Below are positions 12,270 through 21,816 of a stretch of 64,000 nt of DNA, in pieces. Both the position numbers and the translations under genes were made by a program. The stretch is from Eledone cirrhosa (Eukaryota). Below the pieces are notes generated by a model. It was not told the origin of the DNA. It did not search any database and worked only from the letters and a program-made list of their open reading frames with translations. Every line of letters starts with the position of its first letter. Positions within the stretch are counted from its first letter, which is position 1. The stretch lies in NCBI GenBank assembly GCA_964016885.1, contig OZ024743.1, forward strand, positions 246,388,001-246,452,000, written 5' to 3'.

Positions 12270-13405
12270 AGTCTGCAAAGTTAGAGTTAACAATTAGTAT
12301 AGTGAGGAATTTAGCATGTAAGTGGGGGTTCACAAGGGCTATGTTTTCACCCCTCTTCTGTTTATCATCAGACCATAACAGAGGGGTTTTAAAATGGCTA
12401 CTCATGAGAATTCCTATACGTCAATGATTTAGTCCTTATAGCCAAATCTGTGGCAGAAATAGAGAAAAAATTCCAGATCTTGAATCAAAATTTGAAAAGA
12501 AAAGATCATTATGTCAAACTGGCAAAGATCAAAGACCTAATGAGTAGAAAGGATAGAAAGGATAATAGGACCTTGATCTCCTCATAGAAATGGCTCTGTG
12601 CAGTATGCAGGAAAGGAGTGGGTAGAAAATCCATTCTATGTTCCAAATGTAAACTATGGAAACACAAGAGATGAAGTAGGATCTCAAGCAAAGAATGTAG
12701 GCTTTGTGTTTGGTCAATGCACAGAAGCAGTAAGCAGCAAGAGCCCACATAAAACAAACTCTATCAAATGCCAAAGGGCTTACTAGAAGAAGTTACCTGG
12801 GTGACCAAATTAGCAGTGGAGATGGGTGTTCTGTAAGTATAGTTGCCAGAGTGAAAACAGGGGTGAAAAAGTTCTGCTGCTAGCTTCAAAAAGGATTTTC
12901 CCTTAAAATAAAAGTCAGGTAGTATGATGCTTATGTGAAAATGGTAATGCTGCATGGAAGTGAGACTTGGGCTTTGTGTGTAGAGGACCTATGAAGGTTG
13001 GGAAGAAATGAGGCAAGCATGTTCCAATGGATATGTAATAGGAGTATGGTGCTTATGTGAAAACGGCAATGCTGCATGGAAGTGAGACTTGGGCTTTGTG
13101 TGTAGAGGACCTATGAAGGTTGGGAAGAAACGAAGCAAGCATGTTCCAATGGATATGTAATAGAAGTGTAACTGAACGACGAAGCATCAATGAACTGAGA
13201 GGGAGACTGGGCATAAGAGATATCAGATTCAGTGTGTAGGAAAGGAGACTGCAGTGATATGGACAAGTGATGCATATGGGGGATGATAGATGTATAAAAA
13301 GGTGCAGGATACTCAAAGTTGTTGGAAATTACAAAAGAGGAAAACCTAGGAAATCTTGGGATGATGTGGTAAAATCAATTAAACCTTCAAAGATGATGCA
13401 GGATC
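12270..13405 (+). mobile_element. decayed RTE LINE 3' half with an internal 122-bp tandem duplication
   Basis: Homologous to 22020-23270 (MLHGSETWAL, Cys-rich finger). Segment 12921-13042 is repeated at 13043-13164. Confidence 0.85.
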
Positions 13406-13574
13406 AATATCTCTGATACTACGTTGAAGATATAGCTTCAACGTAGTATCAGACATTAGTCCTTCATCAGGAAAGAAACTGGGAAAGAAGATAAAAAATG
13501 CAGAAAGACAAGAGATTAGTTGTTTATTATATTTATTTATTTATTCTTAACTGTAGTTAGGGAGTCATCTAGAG

Positions 13575-13600
13575 CAGTGGTCTCCAACCTTTTTTATACG
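13575..13600 (+). mobile_element. hAT (Charlie-type) terminal inverted repeat, single end
   Basis: CAGTGGTCTCCAACCTTTTT directly follows ATCTAGAG, the NTCTAGAN target typical of Charlie-type hATs. No partner end was found. Confidence 0.55.
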
Positions 13601-13748
13601 ACAGCGACAGAAAAGAGTGTAACTCTTGCAAACGTCAGTTTATATTGTACACATTAGAAATGTTCAATTTAAAAAATATATTAATTTATTACTTTTGCCA
13701 GTATAAAGCAACAATATTCATAAATAAAAATTTAAAAACTTTATAACC

Positions 13749-13820
13749 TGCGTCGGCCGGGAGTCGAACCCGGATCGATTGCTTGGAAGGCAACCATGCT
13801 AACCGCTACACCACCGACGC
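13749..13820 (-). tRNA. tRNA-Gly (anticodon TCC)
   Basis: GCGTCGGTGGTGTAGCGGTTAGCATGGTTGCCTTCCAAGCAATCGATCCGGGTTCGACTCCCGGCCGACGCA forms a full cloverleaf with a 7-bp acceptor stem and TTCGA T-loop. A T5 terminator lies about 10 nt downstream. Confidence 0.96.
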
Positions 13821-14772
13821 TGATATAGAACCGTTGCACCAAAATGATGTATATAATCTAAGACATTTAATATTCTTCCTAATATTTTTATTTATTTATT
13901 ATTGTTTAGAGTTTCTACGATTTTATAAATATTGTTTATGTCATTTTCTTTCCAATAAGATTTTAATTTATTTTTAATTTGAACATGTTTTATTCATCGG
14001 TATGCTTTCTCTAAAAATACAAATACAAAATGATATTTTTATAATTTTATTTTTTACCTTAACATTTTTTTATTCCTTTAACGTGTCCTAATTTCTAGAT
14101 TTTCTTTCTACCCTCTCTCTTATTTTGCTTTCCAAACTAATGGCACTGCGACCATAACTTCTGCCTTAGTCACCATACAGTAACACTCACATGCAACTTC
14201 ATTCATTTAACATACTGAAATATTCAATGGGAATATAGCAGTAAGGTTAAGTTGCCTTGTCTTCACCAACTTCCATCCAGTCTTGGCATTTCGTGTTTTA
14301 TATATATGTTGCAAAAATCTCTTTTTTCGCGCCGACCCGTTAAACAAGATAACATAATATTTGCCATGATAAATATGCTCTCTCCCGTTAGATACATAGG
14401 TGGGGAGTTAGATATTTTATTTTAATCGATTACTAAACATAAAAGATTATATAAATATAATATTCCTATCTTTTATAATATTCTTTCTGGATAATATAAA
14501 GTACTTTAAAATAGCACGAACTAATTGGAATTTCGGTAAACAAATATTTTAGAATATAGAAAGAAATTTTTTAGTAGAAAGAACGACATTTTTTCCCCCA
14601 AAAAATGTATGAAGGAATTGATAGAAAAGTTAAAACAGTTCTACTGTGGAAGAGTCGAATAAAAAACTGTTAAGTTCGTTTTGCATATTTTCGTCTCCTA
14701 GTTGAACGACTATTGACCAACAAATATATGGAGAGTGAGGTTAACATTTTTTCTTCTTCTTGCATGAACTGG

Positions 14773-14872
14773 AATAATTGTTTTTACTTTTGGCACAAGG
14801 CCAGCAATTATCCCAGTGTATTACTATTACTTTATTTTATCGACCCCGTAAGGATAAAAGGCAAAGTTAACT
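14773..14872 (-). mobile_element. SINE family A, 3' fragment
   Basis: Matches the family A body and tail. Confidence 0.85.
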
Positions 14873-16279
14873 TCCTCCTCCTTCATGCCACATTTGTTAA
14901 TCCCTAGGGGTTAGTCATCACTCTCAGATGCACATTTTGACTACTAAAAAGAGGACGTAAGAAGAAGTTAATAGATGGTCTGCCAGAACACTTTATTTGC
15001 TGATCTAAAGTCGGATTCCAGCTTAACCCCAAAGTCCACCCATGTCATAACTTTAGACAACTTTACTGTTTCTTCTGCGACTTTTGCACCTGCTTGCACC
15101 ACAAGTGCAAGAAAGAGGACTTATTATCGTTGACCATGTCGAGGCCCAAATCTTTGCCCAATACACCAGCCCCTTGCTCGACTGTACGGTCGGTACATTG
15201 ACGACTGCATCGGAGCCACGACTCTCACCCGAGAACAGCTCGATTCCTTTCTCTCCTTCTTCTGCTCCTGCCACCCCTCACTTCACTTCACCACCTCTAT
15301 CTCCACCATCCACGTCCACTTCTTAGACATCTCCGTCGCCTTCGACCCTTCCCACCGCTCCCTCATCACCTCGGCCTTCTTCAAACCCACCGACTCCAAC
15401 TCCTACCTCGACTTCACCTCCTCCCACCCTACGCACACCAATCACTCCACTCCCTACTCCCAACTGCTCCAGATCCACCCTCTCTGCAGACGAGATGCTG
15501 ACTTCGAGACTCAGGCCCTGTCTCTGGTCAGCCATTTCATCTGGAGAGGTTCCCCCTCTCGTCCACACCACCCTCACTCACACCCGCGCAGTCCACCGCA
15601 ACTCGGCTTAGGGCCGAACAACACGCCATCTTCACCCAACAGTCCCACACATACCCCCGGCCTGAACTCCCACCCCTTTTCCTTTAGCCTTCGTCCGTCC
15701 CCTCCCCCTCCCATACACACAACCCCTTCTAACACCACTAAAACACTCCCCAAATTCACCGTCACCTCCACTTCCAGCCAGCCCCACCCCTTTGCCCACC
15801 CCACAACTAATAATACTAATGACCCCCACCCCTCCCCCTATCACACGCGCACCCACACCCTCAACACGCACACATACACCAGTACATATATACACTCACT
15901 CACACAATTCAGACACCCTACTACCACCACTAACCCCCACCCACACATCCACCACCGACCACCCCACCACTAATAATACTAAACATCCCCCAACCCACCT
16001 TCCCCATCACCATACACACACGAACACACACCAGCATACATACACTCACCCACATCCACGTACACACCGATACACCACCCACTCTACACCCACCAAAACC
16101 CCCACCTATACACCCGTATTCGACCTCCCCACCACTAATAATACTAACACCCACCCTACCACACACACACTCATACCCAAACACGTGCACACAACCCAGT
16201 ACATTACACTCACTCATACTGTACCCAGCACCTTCTCTTTCTACCCCCGTACTACCCCCCTTTCAAACACTCATCCTAC

Positions 16280-17372
16280 TCCTTGGTTGTCCATCGTAAA
16301 CGATGATGAAATCTTCATTGTTGTTCTCGTCTGCCGAGGGCGCGAAGGTGGCTGGGAAGCCGATCCTTGACTTGCAGGTCCGGGGACAGTGGAGCCACGA
16401 GAAGAGACCGGAGTCGCTTGAGGCAGCTGGTGATGCCTTTCTCCTCCTTTCACGGGCCTCAGTGACCTCTGCCCGTCTCTTCTCTTCAAAAGAGTCTTTG
16501 GCGTGTCTGGTAAGGGCTCGCCACTCAGTCCTGTCCTGAACATGGGACTCGAGTTGTTTTGGGGCGATTCCAGTGTTGTTGATGCTGGACTTCACGCAGT
16601 CTTTGAACCTCTTGAGAGGCCTGCCCTGCTTTCATTTCCCGAACAGAGTTCCCCATACATCAGTTGCTTCGGAAGCCTGTGATTGTCCATCCGGATGACA
16701 TGTCCCACCCATCGAAGTCGGCTCTTCAGTATCATAGCTTTGACACTGGTTGTCTCAGCCATGTCAAGAACTTCGAGGTTGGAGACCTTGTCCTGCCATT
16801 TGATGTTCATGATTGACCGCCTCCGCCTCTCGCCCATCGCTGCAGGGCTTTAGGAGTGCACGCTAAAGAAGAAACCTGTGCGGGAAGGGTTTATAGTGGG
16901 AGGGCCAGTGCACAGTGACGGTCCCACACACTCGGTCGCAGAAGCCAGAATCCGGTGGTACGGAGGACCGTCGCGACCAGGGACTTCCCTGGCTGCAGTG
17001 GATGGCCACGATGTCTGTAGTACCTTACCGTGCCCTAGCGCCCCACACCGCTTGCTGTCGCCGCCTTCGTGACCGTTGGGACGATGTTGTCCTCCTCCAC
17101 TCACTCCACTGGATCCAGTCTTCACATGCAGGGACAGGCATCCCCTATCTAACTCACCGGGGGTTTCTGACCCGTCCGGCCACCCTCAACCTGGTTCGGC
17201 CCGCCAGCCAAAGCGGTTTACCGGGATGTGGCTGCTGTCGCATGCTACAGCTTCTTGGGGCCACAGGTGAGAACTGAGTGTCAGGTGGGACCCAATGCAG
17301 GACGAGCTGTCCTGAAAAGAGCATGGCTAGCCCCCCCCCCTACAGAGGTACATGCCTCTCCTTGACACCCCA
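16280..17372 (-). mobile_element. internally deleted (bipartite) RTE element: 5' leader fused to the 3' end of the ORF
   Basis: 16820-16330 encodes RSIMNIKWQDKVSNLEVL...RLRWVGHVIRMDNHRLPKQLMYGEL and a HCPRTCKSRIG terminus. 16830-17372 is a GC-rich non-coding segment, inferred to be the RTE leader. Confidence 0.75.
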
Positions 17373-17429
17373 GGCATATACACACGCATATACATACACA
17401 TACATATGTACATGTGTATATACATATTT

Positions 17430-17635
17430 ACACATTTTTGGATAGCCGTTGACTCTTATGAGTTCTTCCGCCCTTTGTCAGGTTTTGTTTTTTTTCCTGC
17501 AGGGTGTCCAAAATAACCCTCCTCACCAAGTAAACTTGGTGGGGTTGCCAGTTTAGTCGCCGACGACCCGACCATGCGACAGGTTGTACTGGTTTACATG
17601 TTACCAGTAGCACTCGAGAGTGACCTGACACCATC
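17430..17635 (-). repeat. structured repeat, homologue of 10070-10270
   Basis: Hairpins CACTC/GAGTG, TACTGGT/ACCAGTA, GTCGC/GCGAC and CACCAAG/CTTGGTG. Confidence 0.6.
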
Positions 17636-18524
17636 CTACTAACACCTCCACTAATATACCCCCCTCCTACCCACACCCCACACCACCACCCTCTCCCTCA
17701 ACTTTTCACATTAACCCAGCTCCTCTCCTGTCCACCGCACCTCCGCACACACATACACACATTCCACACACACATCCCTACCACTCGCCTGTCTGCCATC
17801 CTCCTAACTGCTATCTCCACTCTCTCGCATCCTTCGCCCTGCCTTCTCCACCGCTTTCCTTGACCACTTCCTGTTGCGCGCGCGCCCCACAACTCTCTAC
17901 TTCCTCCGCACCATTCCACGGATTCTACACTACTGGTCACAAGCTCCAGACATCCATCTTCCTATACTCGGATTTTTTCACCATCTGTCCATACACTCAC
18001 CAGAAAAACATTCAGGAACACACACAAACACTTATACTATTTTCGCACACATGCAACCATACGTTCCCACGTATCCACGCCATACAAAAACACACACACG
18101 TGCGTATCCTCACATACACATACTCGGGCTCTGGACTCCGCATGCCCCTCTCTCCCACCCCTCCAACCCAACCCCATCCACACGTACGCACACACTGACT
18201 TACACCCCACCCCATGTACACACTAGTTTTCCTATTACCCGAACATGGAACCTCGTTCTTCCCCAAACTCTCACACTCACATCCACACATACACACACAC
18301 ACCACCTTCCGCCCTCCCCGCTCGGACCCCCTCCCTCCTTCTCTCCTCCCACCTCCATCCACCCACTACCACCACCACCTCTACACGTGTCACACCCTTT
18401 CACCACTTGTTTTCATTTTCATTTTTTTACCCTCATTTTAATTTTTTTTCCTTCCCTTTAAATTCCCCTCCCCTTTTTATGTCTTTCCACCACCCTCGGA
18501 ACTCTTTTCCTTCCCACTTTTCTC

Positions 18525-18552
18525 CTGATGAAGGGCTTATGCCCGAAACGTC
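18525..18552 (+). ncRNA. minimal hammerhead ribozyme core (Penelope-associated type)
   Basis: CTGATGA-A-GGGC-TTAT-GCCC-GAAAC-GTC has both catalytic boxes, stem II and a palindromic ACGT stem III. Stem I pairing is poor in this copy. Confidence 0.7.
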
Positions 18553-18634
18553 GTCCCCCACCCCCAAGCATGAACCTAATACTAACACTGTTTGTACTGC
18601 ACTCTTTGTTAATATTATTGTTTCTTGTTTTTAA

Positions 18635-18692
<58 letters not shown>

Positions 18693-18759
18693 TGTAAACA
18701 CTATACTATCTGCATACACCCCATAAGTGTGACTTGCCAACAAACAAAATGACCATTTC

Positions 18760-20415
18760 TACGAGGCCCTTAGAGTAAGAGCTAGGTGAACCAAGAGACA
18801 AAAGCCAGTCAGGAGAAGGAAGACATAGAAGCTAAGAGAGCCCTCTGTAGGTAACAAATTTAGAAAAATCCTTCTTGACACCTATGACAGTAAGGAAGAG
18901 GAGTTAAGGACATTTAACGTAGAGAAAAATTGAGAATTTCTATGGGATAGCCTACTGGACGCCACAAGCCATGTCTGTGGCTGGAGCAAATTCCCACCAA
19001 GATGGAGGGCGACATAGTGGCTGAATGACAAGGTAGAAAGAGTAATTAAAACAAAACGAGAAGTCGGGAGAAAATGGAGGAAGGGAGGAGAAAGGACTAC
19101 CAGATAGCTAGAAGGGAGGCCAGATGCCAAGTATATCTAGTGACGGGAGAGGCAGAAAAGAAGTTTACACATGTTCTGCATCGTGAAGATCGCGAGACAG
19201 TATGCTAGAGAAAGTCATGATGTGATTGGAGAAAAGTGTGCCTGAGATGATAATGGAGCACTTGCTCTGTCTGACACAGAAAAGAAGGAGGCATGGAAGA
19301 CATACTATGAGAGGCTGCTGAACAAAGAGAATAAATGGGACAGTGAGGGCCTACTCCATGAAGACCCTACTCAGGAACCGGCCATGAAAGGTGACAGATA
19401 GATAAAGCAATTAAGGACTTGGGGGTAGGGAAAGCAGCTGGACCACCTGGTATAGTTGTTGAGATGCTAAAAGCTAGTCCGATGCATAGTTAACCAAGTA
19501 GTTCAGGATGGTGTCATACCCAACAACTGACACAGCAGTATTATTGTAAATTTCTTCAAAGGCAAAGGAGATGCTCTAGAGAGAAACAAATAACTATAGA
19601 GGCATCAAGCTGATGGACCAGGTCAATGAAATTGCTGAAAGGGATAGCACAGCTAATTAAGGAAAGAATCAAGTTAGATGAAATGATGTTTGGATTTATG
19701 CCAGGTAGGGGTACTACTCATGCCCCCTTTCTGGTGAGACACCTACAGGGAAGGTATTTGGCGAAGAGTAAGCTACTGTATCTAGTATTTGTGGATCTAC
19801 AGAAGGACTTTGACAGGGTCCCACACTCTTTAATCTTGTGGGCACATAGGAAGCTAGATGTAGGCAAATGGCTTGTGAGGGCTGTGCTGTCCATATATAG
19901 CGGTACAACCAGCAGAGTGAGAGTTGGAAATGAGTACACTGATGAATTTGAAGTGCAGATGGGTGTGCACTAAGAATCAGTCCTCAGTCCACTTTTGTTT
20001 ATCATTGTTCTTCAAGCCATCACTGAGGAGTTTAAAACTGGCACTCCATGGGAGCTCCTATACCCTAACTGAATCCATAGGAGAGTTAGGGTCAACATTT
20101 CAAGCATGGAAGAAGAACCTAGAGTTGAAAGGTCTAAAAGTAAATTTAGCAAAGACAAAGTCTTAATAAGTAGGAAAGAAAACAGGAAGGTTGTACCATC
20201 AGGAAAGTGGCCTTGTTCGATATATCAGAAAGGGGTGGGCACAAATTCCATAAAGTGCACTCAATGTAAACTATGGACACACAAGAGATGTAGTGGGATT
20301 GCAGGCAAGCTAACGGAAAAGATAGACTTTACATGTGGTAGTTGCACTAGGGAAGTGAGCACAAAGAGCACAGGTGAAATAGATTCCCTCAGGGGGTTCC
20401 ATAGAAGTTGTTGAC
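18760..20415 (+). mobile_element. decayed RTE LINE (linker, RT, PHD-like finger)
   Basis: FGFMPGRGTTHA, FVDLQKDFDRVP and CTQCKLWTHKRC; many stops. Confidence 0.9.
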
Positions 20416-20966
20416 TAACATCTCACTAACAGCTATCCTCCTCACACACAGTCCAAATTGCTGTAGGGTCATTCCATGTCAAATCACCCAGAGGGTCCCA
20501 GGTCACCCCCTCAGATCCTCCTGAAAAAATTCATACTAGCTCTTGTACCTACATGATACAAAAATATCTAGTATTAGATCAATATCTTTGATAGTTTTCA
20601 AACTGTAGGCCTTTATAATATTAATTAATTTTACATTCTTTTCTGAATGAGTCTCTCGGACAAACTTGAGACAGCCATTTTTCCATCTACAGGCTCTGAA
20701 AATTGCCAAGAATGAAATGAACAGCAAATGTATGCCTCTTTTAGGTATTGTTATCTCAATAGGTACACTAGATAAAGCAACCACAATTGTTTTCCTCTTA
20801 CTTAGCATATAGTAGACCATTTCTGAGCAGTAACCATTTTAGTTACTACTAGCAGAATGGCCCGGCGTTGCTCGGGATTTGCTCTAGGGTTCTTATATAT
20901 TTGATATATATTTATCGTTATCAAACCTCGTGAAATAAATACGTTTGTTTATATTTTGTTTGGATT

Positions 20967-21142
20967 GGCAGTATCGGTAGAGGGTCGGACGCCATGCTTT
21001 CCAGCATAGTTACGTTCCTTTACGATCTGAGTTCAAATCCCGCCGAGGTTGACTTTGCCTTTCATCCTTACGGGGTCGATAAAATAAAGTACCAGTAATG
21101 CACTGGATATTTGCTGGCCTTGTGCCTAAAGTAGAAACAGTT
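20967..21142 (+). mobile_element. SINE family A, full length
   Basis: Head, B-box GAGTTCAAATCC, central domain and AGAAACAGTTATT tail. Confidence 0.9.
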
Positions 21143-21180
21143 ATTGTGTAGGCAAAAATATCTGTACATGAATATATAAT

Positions 21181-21565
21181 TGGCTTAGTGGTTAGAGCAT
21201 TGGCCTTGCAATCGAAAGGTTGTGAGTTCAATTCTCAGACCGGGTGATGTGTTGTTTCCTTGAGCAAGACACTTTATTTCACATTGCTCCAGTTTACTCA
21301 GCTGTAGAAATGAGATGATAGGACTGGGGTCCCTATCATTCCACTGCAAAGTGGACGTGTAGGCGCCACGGAAAAAAAAGCACCCAGCCCACACTGTAAA
21401 GTGGACGTGTAGGCGCCACGGAAAAAAGCACCCAGCACACACTTTAAATAAGGTTGGTGTTAGGAAGGGCATCCAGCTGTAGAAACGAGGCCAGAATCAG
21501 TTCCCGTCCCACCCTTGCAAGCAGGGAAAAGCGGATGTAAAATGATGAATCAATGATGATGAATG
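21181..21565 (+). mobile_element. tRNA-derived SINE family B with an RTE-derived 3' tail
   Basis: A-box TGGCTTAGTGG, B-box GAGTTCAATTC and core CCTTGAGCAAGACACTTT. The 3' half is nearly identical to the RTE 3'UTR at 21950-22095 and ends in (TGA)n. Confidence 0.85.
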
Positions 21566-21816
21566 AATATATATAACAGTACAGAGAAGTACGGAATACC
21601 TTGGCCTCGGGATGGTGTCTACATTTTGTGCTTATAAAAAAAATTTGTTGTAGATTACCAGGGTTTTTTTCCATGCGAAGAAAATCAATACTTTATAGGG
21701 GTCTTATATATTTGATATATATTTATCCTTGTCGAGCCTCGTGAAATAAATATGTTTGTTTATATTTTGTTATTGTGTATGCAAAAGTATCTGTACACGA
21801 ATATATAATTATATAT

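Larger units (their letters stand above)
15125..18635 (+). mobile_element. Penelope-like retroelement, decayed and interrupted by insertions at 16280-17635
   Basis: 15182-15550 translates LYGRYIDDCIG...HPSLHFT...VHFLDISV...FFKPTDSNSYLDFTSSHP...PYSQLL, i.e. PLE RT motifs and thumb. C-rich low-complexity sequence follows, with a hammerhead core at 18525. Assigning the whole span to one element is an inference. Confidence 0.8.

Noticed and set aside
15632-18634. His/Thr/Pro-rich ORFs of 100-195 aa
   Set aside because: These are translations of C/A-rich low-complexity DNA within the Penelope remnant.
21181-21250. additional tRNA genes at SINE heads (also about 20967, 32010-32085 and 34665)
   Set aside because: They have A/B boxes but no complete cloverleaf, and they run straight into SINE bodies.
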